From contig OZ249447.1 in the NCBI GenBank assembly GCA_965235115.1, positions 15,500,001 to 15,564,000 on the forward strand: a stretch of 64,000 bases of DNA, written 5' to 3'. Source of the stretch: Laetmonice hystrix (taxonomy: Eukaryota). Positions 37,284-50,979 of the stretch are shown here, piece after piece. The notes below the pieces were generated by a model that did no database searches, was not told the origin of the DNA, and saw only the letters and a program-made list of their open reading frames with translations. How positions within the stretch are numbered: the first letter of the stretch is position 1; each line of letters opens with the position of its first letter. The translations under genes were made by a program, and so were the position numbers.

Positions 37284-38985
37284 AGGAGCGTTAACTGATA
37301 ACGTTCCACCGTCTCCGCTCGAGTTTGTAAATTACAGAAGACACCCATTACCCGCGTTCGGGAGGAGGTGATGTGGGGTGGGTTGGGGTGATATGGGATG
37401 GGGTGGTAAGGATTGCTGGCCTCATGGCTTGCGTTGGTCTGGTTTCTACCCCGTCTGTACCGGGTTAGATCGGGGTGAGGGGGTGAGGTATAAAGACCAT
37501 GGCCGGACTAAAACGGTTGTACCCGAGCACAGCGTGGAGTCCGACTTTATGGGATCATCAAGGACGTGCAGTTGATCGTTATAATTTCAGTGTCATGTAT
37601 ACACACCAACTGCAGATCTCTTGATGAACTAGTGGTCAGTTCTGATGGTTCAGTTTGTCGGCAAGTCGGTGAGTACGTAGATGGGTTGGGTGGTTGTGGG
37701 GGCTGAGATACCCCCCTCCCACGGGGCCCCGCAGGTTTGATCCACGTTATCTCCATAGCTCATCACACCCGGAGTGAGTGCTTGGAGTTCCTGCCCTCCT
37801 GGAAGCTGCCACACTGCTAGGGTACCCATCGGGTAATCACCCTTTCCCACACCCCTCTGCCAGCATTCACCCCACTCAGACCACGTGGACCAGTCGGATA
37901 GCCTCCAGGTTCCCTGTCCACTTAGCTCACTTGTACGTCAAGTATTTGGACGGAACCTTTAAATGTTGCTCCTCAGGGGCCATTTTGTTGCAGTAGGGTG
38001 TCTTACATGGACCAAATTTTGTTTGACGAGTTACGTCTTGGAGATTCTGATTTCGGAGGATGAAAAGAACACCAGTTGTATCAATGGTCACCTTATGGCT
38101 AACGTAGATGGTTGTGTGGCCAGAGGCCAGTTGCATGACTCTCCGTTCGTTAATTTCCCCATGTATTTTCAATGAGAATTTTAACGAACGAACTATCATG
38201 CAACTGGCCAGGGATTAGATGGGTTGTTCCAGATTTCAACCTATTTTCAGACAGGCATACATGATATCATTCTGGTCCAACCTGTAAACTGCAGGTGTAG
38301 TCTCACCAGCTGTGGACCTGACTACCCTCAGGGTACGAGTCAGTAACCGCATTCGGGAATGTTGCCTATTTTAATTCTCACCTGCGGGGCATATCTCCAG
38401 GAGTGTGGTCCTTACCAGTGTAACCCCTCAGGGGGTAGATGGCCATACCCTCAGCCCCACCCGAGACCTACCTGACCTGTACCACATTCTACACCAGACC
38501 AAAGCCATGAACATACCTACTCGCCCTTTACCTATGTTGCTCCTTACCTGACTCGAAATTGGCCTGATATATCCGAATGTTTGGCGTGTGTACCCCTCCA
38601 AGTATTACCCCGCCCCAGCGTCAATGGGGCGCTATGTCTCACCCCCGGGGTTACAGGTGTCGGGGAGGGGTCAGGCGACGGATTGGGACGGATCTCGTCT
38701 CGGACGGCGGTGATAACAAGCCACAGGGTCTAGGTGTTTACGTGAAAATGATCGCAGACTACAGGAACCTTTGAAACGGATGCAGGAGAGATTGTGATCC
38801 TAAATCTTGAAATACTTCCTGGGCAAGTAATAACCGTCAAGACAAAGTAAACCTCAAGAAGAAAACGCTTCGGTTTTCTTTTTCTTTATGCAGCCTGATA
38901 TGGAGGAGGATACATAGTTGTCCTTGTGGGGTGCCCAGTGTGGAGGTCACGATCGTACAATAGGTCGACCACCCTGTGTCCCAAC

Positions 38986-39157
38986 GAGTCCCAGTTACTG
39001 GTGGACAAGGGTTGAGCGCGCACCTACCGAGTCCCAGTTACTGGTGGACAAGGGTTGAGCGCGCACCTACCGAGTCCCAGTTACTGGTGGACAAGGGTTG
39101 AGCGCGCACCTACCGAGTCCCAGTTACTGGTGGACAAGGGTAGAGCGCGGACCTACC
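38986..39157. repeat. 43-bp minisatellite, 4 copies
   Basis: GAGTCCCAGTTACTGGTGGACAAGGGTTGAGCGCGCACCTACC at 38986, 39029, 39072 and 39115. Confidence 0.96.
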
Positions 39158-40396
39158 ACCCTGCAAGTCGCCTTGATGATAGGGGTCGTCTTGTGTCCGT
39201 TAAGTGTGGTTCCCAGTTTCTCCACTCCATGCGTGCATACATACACAGATACACACATACACGGCCAACTAACTGACCAGCGGCGAGCAGGCAGTCGGTC
39301 GTATAAATAGGCACGCAGGTATAGCTGGCGGCAGTGGCGTGGTCAAACATGACTTTGATGAATGCCGAAGGTATCAGTGGCCAGGTGGGCGGCCAGGTGG
39401 GCCAGCGCAGGTCCTACTAATATCACCGGTGTTCCACCGGCCTGAGCATGGACTTTTTGAATCAGTTGAGAGGAGAACCTTGAAAAAGAAACCATATCAT
39501 TTCTGAATGATCGTCACTATAAAGAACATCTTACGTCATCGTCTTGTACTTTGCCCAGTTATCAGGGGCGGCTTGGAATATATACAATTGAAGTTTCAGT
39601 CAGGCGCGCTGGCCCTGAAGAGATGTGGTATTTTATGTAAATTTCTTTATGTCATGATTGGTGCGAACATCAGGGGTTGACTGATCGACCGACAGGAAAT
39701 CAGTATGTGACATTATAATATATCCTGTCGGAAAATGTCGGGAGATTTGATGTATTTGTCGTAAAAGATTTATTACGATTCACATCTATCTATCTGTCAG
39801 GTGCGTGATGTGATGACAGGATTAGTTTCCGCGTCACGTTCAGAAAAATGATAAAGTAATATAACTTCACTTGCTGGTACACTGTCATCCGAACCCGGAT
39901 AAATCAAAGAATCCTTGAGAAGGCCAGTATTGATCAAACTGCAACTAATACAGTTGATAGAGCCAGCTGTGCCCAGCCTCGTACCAACCCACAACCCGGC
40001 GGTAGATGTCTTGGGTTGGAGGTGCTCCCCCTGCACGGAATCTCGACTCATGAATCAGCGTCAACGACCGCCATCTGGTTGGTCGTAACTAATGACAATT
40101 ACTCACACCAGTCGGGTCCTTCTAAAGCCACTCAAGCCCAGACAAAAATGGTTGATTTTTTGGCTGCCGCTGATAATAATATCGGGGACTCTGATCACTT
40201 TTGACCCTAATTTACCCCAACCCATTAATTATCAAGCGGGGTTTCTCTCTTATTATCCGGATGTGATTTGCCACCAAAAACTTCTAATACCGGATCAGAG
40301 GCGATTATACAAGTGTTGGGGAAACGTGGCCCGTCGTCATTGAGTCATTTCAATTAGCTCCGAGTGGTGTGTCTGTCTGACTGCACCAGTTGGGTG

Positions 40397-40638
40397 AAAT
40401 CAGGGTACACTTAGAATGGGGTTCGGGTGTTTAAATCAGGGTACAGTTAGAATGGGGTTCGGGTGTTTAAATCAGGGTACAGTTAGAATGGGGTTCGGGT
40501 GTTTAAATCAGGGTACAGTTAGAATAGGGTTCGGGTGTTTAAATCAGGGTACAGTTAGAATGGGGTTCGGGTGTTTAAATCAGGGTACAGTTAGAATGGG
40601 GTTCGGGTGTTTAAATCTGGCGACAATTAGAATGGGGT
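40397..40638. repeat. 36-bp minisatellite, about 6.7 copies
   Basis: Unit AAATCAGGGTACAGTTAGAATGGGGTTCGGGTGTTT. Confidence 0.97.
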
Positions 40639-41436
40639 GATGATGGTCGGTCAGTGATGGCGGTCAAGCCTGGTGATGGTCGGTCAGTGATGGCGGAGTC
40701 TGGTGATGGTCGGTCAGTGATGGTCTAGTCTGGTGATGGTCGGTCAGTGATGGTCCAGTCTGGTGATGGTCGGTCAGTGATGGTCTAGTCTGGTGATGGT
40801 CGGTCAGTGATGGTCTAGTCTGGTGATGGTCGGTCAGTGATGGTCTAGTCTGGTGATGGTCGGTCATGCAGTGATGGTCTAGTCTGGTGATGGTCGGTCA
40901 GTGATGGCGGTCAAGCCTGGTGATGGTCGGTCAGTGATGGCGGAGTCTGGTGATGGTCGGCCAGTGATGGTTCAGTCTGGTGATGGTCGGTCAGTGATGG
41001 TCCAGTCTGGTGATGGTCGGTCAGTGATGGTCTAGTCTGGTGATGGTCGGCCAGTGATGGTCCAGTCTGGTGATGGTCGGTCAGTGATGGTCTAGTCTGG
41101 TGATGGTCCAGTCTGGTGATGGTCGGTCAGTGATGGCGGTCCAGCCTGGTGATGGTCGGTCAGTGATGGTCCAGTCTGGTGATGGTCGGTCAGTGATGGC
41201 GGAGTCTGGTGATGGTCGGCCAGTGATGGTTCAGTCTGGTGATGGTCGGTCAGTGATGGTCCAGCCTGGTGATGGTCGGTCAGTGATGGTCCAGTCTGGT
41301 GATGGTCGGTCAGTGATGGTCCAGTCTGGTGATGGTCGGTCAGTGATGGTCTAGTCTGGTGATGGTCCAGTCTGGTGATGGTCGGTCAGTGATGGCGGTC
41401 CAGCCTGGTGATGGTCGGTCAGTGATGGTCGAGTCT
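40638..41436. repeat. 30-bp minisatellite (15-bp subunits), about 26 copies
   Basis: Unit TGGTGATGGTCGGTCAGTGATGGTCTAGTC with variants. Confidence 0.97.
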
Positions 41437-44400
41437 GCATGGTAATGGTCTGTCCTGCTATTATGGCATGCTCTCATCCCGTGTCGGAGACATAGGAATT
41501 CAGAGCAGAAAAGACCCATCTGTTTTGAAATCCCCTACTCCAGTTTCGTGTAGAATTAAAGGCCCTTGTCCTCCGACGATTGCGGCGGGAATACTCGGGC
41601 CAGAAGTTGTGTCACGGAATGATGGCGTGAAGTGGTGCCATGAAGTGGTGCCATGAGGCCACCATTCAAGCCACCACTTAACCAGCTGAAATACAAACGT
41701 GACAGGACTACTGATGGCAGATCTTTTTGACAACACTTCTATCGGAGTTTACTCATGGCTTGATGTGCTGAGAGGGGTTTTACACAGCTTAGACAGGATT
41801 CACATACCTCAGGCCCCGGCGGGGACACTGGGTTGGATCTGTGGAAGTTGTTTTTACACACTTTGTGTGTCTATTAAAAACATATAAAACAGAATCGTCT
41901 GATGTGGCAGGAAGGGAGCAGCCTGAGACAGCGGGGCTGTGGTGTCCATCAACCCACGCACAACGCTGTGAGTTCATTGAATAACGACTGAATGAACCAG
42001 ACTGCTCACTGCTGCCGAGGTCAGAATTTATCACAGCTGAATATTCAAGTGACTGGAGTCATCCTTCTCTAAGATCAAAAAGGGCGACGGAAAAGTTTCA
42101 GTTTGTTGCAGTCGGACGTAACCCCTGACCAGGGGCTTGACCCCTGAGAGTATGACTGGTATTTATATTACAGACGGAACCCAGGTCTGAAGGAGGGTAT
42201 TAACCCGTGCAAGGGGTGTTTATACTAAGAGTGGTATCAATCGTTTTGATATGTGGAGGGATTGGGGCGGGACCGGGCACCCATTGTCCGAGTCACGCGG
42301 CCATGGTTGGTTTGGTACCTGTACCGACGGGAACAACTCGCCGCTCCCACACCGGCGGGGGTGTTGGAGGAGGGGGGGCAGGAAACCGCTCTACACAGAC
42401 CGTTACAAAACACACGGACACACCAAGGGAACACACGAGTTAGATGTGTGCATCTCACACCCAGTATATAGACTAATAGCGCTCAGTGTTCGCCTCAGAT
42501 CGACAGAACGTCCAACTCCGACAAATATTCCTACCAACCGGTTGACACTCAAACCACTTATAATCAAATGATTCACATAAAGAATACATCTGTTTAGATT
42601 ATGCAACCCGTTGCCTTCAGTACTGATTAAATTAGCATTCATCTGATGAAATGCTCAAAGATATGGGCATCTACTGGTATTTGTATTGGCCGCATGGTTG
42701 ACCTAATAACCTGACCCCGTTTGGTAATGAGCAGTGTGCACCCAACTTCTGAAGTGCAGTTTATCACCAAACCGAATTAATATCCTGTCTGATGCAAATC
42801 GTGCCCTCGCTGTCAGCATTTTAATTAGCAACTCAACTTGTCCCTTCTCGAGGTAGGTCACAATGAACTGGACCAGAATCTGGAAGAATTCCTTTAATTT
42901 CTTCTATATATGTTTTATTTGGATCAGACAGACGCCTAATTGTACTCGGGACTTTAATAATCTTTCATTAAATCATAAAAAAGCTGTGATCTGAGAACTT
43001 TCCAAATAAAACGATACCAGGTTGAGATCAACCTGCCTAATGTTTCTGTCACGTAAGAGCGGCACCAGCGGGTGAAAGTTTCCAGGTCAGATAAAAAACC
43101 CGGTGAGAAACAAAGATGTGCCCTAATCAAACGGGGCAGGGGTAATAAATCATACCCCTAACAAACAGATGACAAGTCTCGAGCGGGCTGTCCCGCGTCT
43201 GGGGCTGTACAGCTGGCCGGGCCACAACAATAGGGCGTCTCCGAGTTGCTATGGATATTATGGGGGCCTGAGAAACAATGGGGGTTGGCTGGCGGGCAGG
43301 CGTCCGGGCCTCCGGGCGGGCGTCCGGAGGGGGTGGGGCCCGGGCCGGGGATCAGTAGGGATAGAGACGGGTGCCACATGGGTTTGACCCTTGATCAATG
43401 TCTTATCACTGTTAATGGTGGCAGGCTGACCAGCAGGTCCGCCCGCCATGCGTGTAGTGATATTGTGGGGCTTGAAAATGCATGTTAATTGCGAAGGTGG
43501 CCGAACCACATTGGCCAGGTTTATACCCAGCTCCTGGTCGTGTGACCGGAGTCAGGTCAAGGGTCAAGTATTGTATGGTTACGTTAAACGCGCAAGCTCT
43601 CTTTGTTTTGCCAAGCTGACGCATTATCCAACGCAGCTATATCCGGGGCAACCCAGCTCGCGCATGTCCACGAGTTGACGGGCGTCTTGGGTGCCAGGGC
43701 CTGGGCTGTCCTCAATGTAGCTCCGACTGCCTCCAAGCCATCTTATCCTGTGTTTATAAATAATACACAGATGAAGACCATGTCTTATTACCTGTGACAG
43801 TAAGCAGTATGATGTTCAAATAGACCTATGCAGAGATCAGCCTATAGGTCCGATCCCAGCCATCCAGTTCCCAACGCCCGACTTGAGCCCAAGAACCATA
43901 GAAACCCCCCTCTTCCCCTAACCTCTCTCAGTCTCCCGCCCCTCACCACCAATATCCTCTACCGACGTGTCACCCCGCCCCGTACCCGGGCTGAGGGTGA
44001 GGCTAACCCCACCCAGCCCATCTGTACGGGGTTGTTACCTTACCCTTGGGATAGTGCTACAAGTACGCCGAAAGTTAAAACCCGGCGGTAACCAGCAGGT
44101 TCCAATGTATTCTTGGTTAAGTCGAGTTGGTTTATAAGCATGGCAAAGAAGAGAGACTAAAAATCCAATGTATTTGGTGGCTTGGTCTCTGAAGGCCCCA
44201 GTGAAGGACGATCAAGTTTGGTAAGGTCCAGGTTGTTATGGTAGTTGCCCCTGCCACACTGGCTCTACTCCTAGCGTTTGATTGGTTCCAAAGTGAACGA
44301 CTGTTCCAGTCGTCACCCAATGAGGTCGTTATTAATGTTTAATTGAGGAGTTTTAAGGAAATCAGCATCAGAATGGAAGGCTTCAACATCAGGTATCTGC

Positions 44401-46744
44401 TGTAGATCTACTGTTGTCAATAACGTTTGTGCCAAATGTGGCAGAAGAAGAGTAAATGAGTGTTGTCGGATTTTAATTGGGCATTGTGAAGCGAGTCCCC
44501 ATCCCAGAGTAGGGGTGTGATAGGGGTCGGGACGGATGGCTTTATACTGGACGAGGTAAGGGGAGATCGTAACGCTGGCTGTCACTGAGGGCTGCGAGCG
44601 AATCACCCCGCTCTGAAACGGCCTTTAGAAAACGTCAAAATTAGGGTCATCAGAATGAAAATAGAGGAGGCGAGAATATAGAGAGGTGCATTAAGCAAAT
44701 TAACAGTTTGCCGCTAAATACCCTGAAAGAGTCAATTCAGGAGTAGTTGAAGATAATTAGGCCAATTTGAATGTTTAGTGATATGATACGTATAGTGTAA
44801 AATAGGCGCTGGATTTATATGATCAATATTAATGGCCAGCCTGAGAGTGTATGGTGTAGATGTGGAGGAGGGAGGGAGAGGCGGAGGGGTGGGAGGGAGG
44901 GGGAGGACAAGTGGACGGTTAGTTTGTGCAACTCGTTGGTTTGTGACAAGCCGAGACTTCTAGATTCATCGGTTTCTCCTCGCGGTCGACCAGAACATCA
45001 GTCTCCTCTCAATCTGCCGAGTCTGGAGAAGTCTGAGATGGAGATTTGTGAGAAGTTACACTGGAGGGAGCCTTCCCCCCTGGAGCTCGACGTCTGAGGA
45101 TCCCACCTCCAGCCCCCTGCCGAGTGCCCACCGGAAGCAGCCGATCAGACCCGAGCCAGCCGTAGATGTGCTCCTGTAGAGATCCGCCTGGCCTGGTGTT
45201 GGTATCGGACAACTTCCGGTCGCCTGAGTGCCGTAACAAGGCCCGCCGCCCTCGCTCCCATTGAAGAGATCCGGCATTAAGGGGTGATTATATCGACCGG
45301 AGAACTGCCCACTCTTACTGATTGTATACGAGCGGCAAGCAATCTGAACCGGACGGGCTACCTCACAGATCTACCGTATGGTATGCCTTGGGGGTCTGCC
45401 AGGGCGGGCGTTATCAGGGCAACGCGAATTCTTCAGTCAAGGCTTCGGTTCTTATCGCGGTGATGTAGTGGTGGAAGGGGTTCAACTGATCATTCCGAGG
45501 GTCCATTTCCTTCTGTTAATATGTCTGTATAGAGGTTTAGATTCAGGATATAATCATGTCTGAAGTGAAGAAGTCATCCTTGGCCGTTACTCCCCGGCAA
45601 ATGTATTATAAGGTGCTGGTGGTGGCCATTTGTTGCAAACTTTTTGACGATGACTTTAGTGGCGAATCTCGGACTGTCAGGAAAATGTGGAGTGGTTGAG
45701 ATTCGGGGTGTAAGCCTATTGGATAAGAACCTCTCCCGAATGTGTCTCATTGGTATGACCTTGAAGATATAGAAGGCAAGGTCAAGGAAATGTTCACTCC
45801 GTGCTACAGCAGACTTACAAGTTGTCCTCAGGTCAGCGATCTACACTCCCCTTACCCCCCCCTTACCCCAACTACCGGGTACTCGTCTCTGGACAAGCCC
45901 GGACTGTGTCCGGCCTGAAGGAGCCTCAACCCCCGGGTACCATTCAGACCTGTTCCCTACCCTGATTTATCGTTCCACGGTCGGTGCCGATAACCTTGTG
46001 ACTGGCCAGTCATCCTGCTCACTGACCATTCACCACACTTGTGTGAACGTGACCAGCGGTGGTCAAGTGGCCGGAGTGAGGGTCAGTCGTCCCGGAGACA
46101 CGGTCCAGGTGAACCGTGCTCAAACAATCTGAGCGGCCGCCACTGTTTACAAACTGGTAAATCAACAGTCGGCAGACAAACAAACAGGTGCTTATCTTAT
46201 CAAGCCATACTTCATTAGGCTGGCCGGGCGTACAAAGTGGACTTGTTACACGTGGGCCGACTGTTGACACTTCCTGGCGTGGACTTTATCACGGCCGGGG
46301 AGGGCGGCAGGTTTATATTGAACCAGGCCACGCCTGGACGCACCTGTTAAAGGTGACTTCGACAAATATTACCAATCTCTCTCGGCCCTGTGATCTCGAA
46401 ATCATATGAAATTTGCGAAGTCCATATACCTGATATAGGCCTGGCAGTTGAAAGGTCAACACATAGAGCTGGAGTAAATCATCTTTATCTTTAACTTGTC
46501 AAGTACATAAACATTTATATATCCCTCTGATTGTACAATTAAAGTGATATATTAATTAACAGTAGGCTTGTTGACCTCATGCAAGCCAAGGTTGACTCAA
46601 GTTTCGATATTATGTCGTGAACAAAAATATGAAAAATTATAATTTATGACAGGTGTTGCTACACATGAGAAGGATCACCATCGTAACGATCTCATCTCAT
46701 GGTTATCATTTTGTGCTCTCCTCATGGAACAACTCAAGTGGGTA

Positions 46745-46875
46745 ACCCGGAAGTAAAACCCTGACCGGGTCAGTCCGAGGTCAGTTCAAGGTCAATGTCT
46801 GAACGCTACGTAACTAAGACGTTACCGGCGTGCGTTATTAAAAATGGCCGAGTGTAACTTGACGCATGCGCTGTC
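46745..46875 (+). promoter_or_regulatory. Candidate internal promoter/enhancer: ETS, three nuclear-receptor half-sites in DR5 spacing, YY1-like and NRF1-like motifs
   Basis: CCGGAAGT 46748; GGGTCA 46767, AGGTCA 46778, AGGTCA 46789; AAAATGGCCG 46841; ACGCATGCGC 46862. Confidence 0.5.
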
Positions 46876-49800
46876 TGCCGGCGCAGTTTGACCTTGTGAG
46901 ATCCTTTATGAGAACGCTGTGAACACTTCCTCCAGTGGAGAGTCATTTAGGAGCTCCTGCCTGGAGGAATCCATCACCTCGACATGTCCAGCTGCCAGGA
47001 GGAGCAGAGAGACGCAGGGTGCTGGAGGACCAGAAGGAGAGGGTCGGAGATTGACTTCACTCCAGGCAGTAACGCCTCCAGTAACTGAGTGTTGGGTCGT
47101 TCGTCTTGGCTGGCGGTGCCCCCTGGCCTGAACACGTGTGCCTTACCGACGGGATGTTCTCGGGAAGGTTTGGGAGCCTTGACTTGTCCATCTTCCTGGC
47201 CCCTGTCTGAGACTGGGAGGGGTCGGGTGGCCAGTACAGGCCGCACTTTTACTGAATCTTTCCGACTTGGTGTTAACGCTTCACATGGAAAATGGTTGGA
47301 AGAAAACCTTTTTTCTGATCTCCTGCAACAGATTTCTGACTTCACAGAACGAAAAATAAGATTCTATATTAATATAGTGCAGGTCTATGTACCTCGCTGC
47401 AAATCGCAAACAAATCGCTCTATTAAAGGTGCTAGGAGTTCAGGGAGTCTATGTGTTAGGAGAGTTAGGGCTGTAGAGGGTTGGTTCTAGAACATTAGAG
47501 TGATGTTAGACCCCCCCCCCCGAGTCACGCTTACCATGGGATACACAGCAATCAGTTGCTATCAGGATATTTATTCCTCCTCAGGTACGAGGTGGTCCCG
47601 ATAACTCGACCAATACTGAACACCAAGGATGTTAAGTATAAGTGTTAGTTAGTCGTATATTGCCCCACAAGTCCTCATGATTCACATCCTGGTACAGAGG
47701 TATGATATCTTCGGTTTGGACCAAGTACCAAGGCCCTAATACATGTACATATGACGTTCTCACCAAATTATTCATGTTTTTCAAAGTTATTGGTAGCTAC
47801 ATGTGTTCTGAGGTGCATGGCAATCAAGGATGATTTGTAAGACACCTCTAGTGATGTTTTTTTGTGGAGGAGAGAATCATATTGCCAAGAGTGATAGCAC
47901 GTTCTGAAGGGGACTGCCATCGTGTAGTGAGGGAGTGAGAAATAAAAAACTCTTCCATCTCTGCTGTAGGTACTCAGGAAGATGGGATTTGTGAGCTTCT
48001 TGAGTCAAGGAGGCAGTGGGGGAGGTTGTACTGCTGATTTCTGATAATCTTACCTCTGTGGTAGTGTATGGAGGCGATTGCCTTCAGTACCTTCCCGTTT
48101 TACCTTGGCTACTATGTAGCCTTCATGTCAAAATGGCACTCGTACTAAGCCATGCTGTCTGTCATATTGAGCCATCCTACATGTCGCTAGGAGCCATATT
48201 GAGTCACTCTCTTTGTTGCCAGAAAATACGGAAAATATTAAAGTGGGAAATACAGGTAGCAACGACGTCTGATACTTTAACAGGGTTTAATTTCTTAACG
48301 CATTATCTAAAATGTTCTTCTCTTGTATTTTGCAGGTAAGTGACAAATCCAAAACACGGTATTCTGAGAGTCCTACATCGGTATGTCCAGGTAAATGTTG
48401 GACGAAGCTTTGCCATTCAATGTGACGTAAGTATATATCTCTCTACAACAAGTCGTAGGGTTGGAGAATGGGTCGATTATTATAGGTCTGAGGTTGAGTT
48501 TAGAATGTCCGTGTGTATACCCAGACTCATACACTGACCAATCCAGGTAACGACACATACTCCTCGGCTCACTCACTCACTCCAGGGGACCGGCACCTGT
48601 GATTGGGTGACATACGTGACATGTTGTGACGTCCACGTGGGGCAGGCAGGGGATTGATAGGTGACACGTGTTTGTGGAGGGGGAGTGTGGGACTCGTAAC
48701 TCAAGGCTGGGGTGGGGTGGGGGTGGGGGGTGAGGGTGAGTCAGCTTCTGTAGGAATTAATACATCCCGCATTCCCTGCAGCTGTTGTTTCCTAGCCGAC
48801 TTCCTGGAACAGGTGATGAAGGTTGTATTAGGAAGGTCCATGGGGGGTGAACCAGGAGGTCAGGATCATCGTCAGACACGTGATCCGGCACGGCCCGGTG
48901 AGGAGTGATACCCGGATGGACACGAGGACAGCCAATCAGAAGTCAGTCATCATGGTCACCTAGCAACCGTGCATTATGAGAATTCATGGGCGGAAAGGCA
49001 CAGCTAGCGAACGCGCACGGAGGATTTCAGTAAGGCTGAATCATGGCAGCGTTATAAAATTTACTACCATGAAAATCTTTGGCCTCGAGTACTACATGTA
49101 ATTGGTGAATGGACTAGCGCTTTATCTGGACATTTTAAATGAACTGAGATAACTGCGGGGCGGGCACCCATTATGATCTTTCCACTGCTGTTATATTTTG
49201 AAGGAAGTCTTGGGACATGAAGCGGTGGCACAAGGTTGACTTGGGATTGGGGTGAACATGGGTTATAGGGTGACGAACTCGGATGTCTATGGGGGTGAGA
49301 ACAAGGGGTAGTAAATGGGACTGCGGACTGACATTGCTGAGGACATGTCGAGCTGATCAACCCTGGCGGTCGACAGCTGAACTAATGATACCCGTTCATC
49401 GGTGACGCTGTCTCGGGTCATGTTTTCCCCCGTACCGGAAGTGACACACACGACCACCTCCGTGTCGTCTCTGTGTCACGGCACGGGGTAAGTGGGGTGG
49501 GGGTGGGGTAAGTGTGGCTGGGTGGGAACCCAACCCCCGCCCTATCCTGGTCAGTCAGTTAATTCGACCTGAGGGTACAAATGCTCCCTGAGCACGACAG
49601 AGACCGATAGTGAGACCAGACACAGGTGGGGGTGGGGGTGGGGTGGGGTGGAGGTGAGAGGGGGGGGGGGGTTCTACATTTGGTGATGGTTGCTGGGACT
49701 GGATGGAATTACTGACGTACAGGCCACACACCTAACAGTCCAGCAATGTGTTTGGCGTTTCGTCATGTTAAAATCGTAACTTAGATGTTGACTGACAGTT

Positions 49801-50780
49801 CCAGGGCCGCCAAGGAAATCTGTGGTTGCCGGGGAATGAATAACCTTAAAACTTTTTCTCGTGCAGTCGTTAAATTTGTAAATACTCTTTCCCACTCATG
49901 CTTGAAAGCAAATCTGGGACTTTGGGTTTGGCTGAATTTGCGGTGAGAGAATCCCATTTTCACAGGTGTAGAAATCGGCTTCACTCAGCCTACAGGTAGT
50001 ATATACCTTGGCAGACCACGAGGTCTTTATTCTAGACTGTCTCGTCAGACCAACCCGTTCATACCAGCCTCAACATACCAACCCATATACCATACCAGAA
50101 TCTGCCATACCAGCTGCCTCAGATCACCCCACAGACCATTCCCCACTGCCATATTGCACACAGATGCCACTATCGGCGCCTAACTCCATCAAGTTCCAGC
50201 TGGGCCGACTCCGTCCAGTTCCAGCTGGGCCGACTCCGTCCAGTTCCAGCTGGGCGGCCTCCGTCCCACTCCATCTGACTCCGGTCGACGTGTGTAGACA
50301 GATCAGTACAGTTTCCGGCAGGATGAGGTGTCAGGGATCTCCAGCCGGTGTATCTTACTGAACTCCTTGCGGACTCTGATACAGGGATCCCGCCACGTGT
50401 CATGCACGGATCTGATAGCCTTTAAGTTCAGAATCCAAAAACAAATTATAGGAAAGAAATCACATAACTTGATCATGGCCGCAGTGTTGAAACTGCTCAA
50501 CACCTCTAACCGCGGTGTTATTATACAACAGGAGGGTCTGTGTTTGGTGGATAAAGTGTGCCGACCCCTCTTCCACTGTCGTGGAATTTACCTAGTAGTA
50601 AGACAAGAAACGGTGGGAAAGGGATGTTGAGGGTGAGGGTGGGGTTGGCTGGACCGATTCGGTGCTCGTCTTTCTGTAGGTCGTGATCAGTGGTCAGGTG
50701 AGGGAGCGGTCGGTGAACCCGACCAAAACCTCAATCCTGACGGCCTCATTGGGAGGTGTAGGTCTGACATCTTCATCCCG

Positions 50781-50979
50781 CACTGACCACCAGCCGACCA
50801 ACCACGTGGTGTCATGAGCTCACTGACCACCAGCCGACCAACCACGTGGCGTCATGAGCTCACTGACCACCAGCCGACCAACCACGTGGCGTCATGAGCT
50901 CACTGACCACAGCCGATCAACCACGTGGCGTCATGAGCTCACTGGCCACCAGCCGACCAACCACGTGGCGTCATGAGCT
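50781..50979. repeat. 40-bp minisatellite, 5 copies
   Basis: Unit CACTGACCACCAGCCGACCAACCACGTGGCGTCATGAGCT. Confidence 0.96.

Noticed and set aside
47089-47160. WLAVPPGLN resembling the PET-domain motif WVPPGL
   Set aside because: Flanking residues do not match PET and there is no suitable acceptor or phase.
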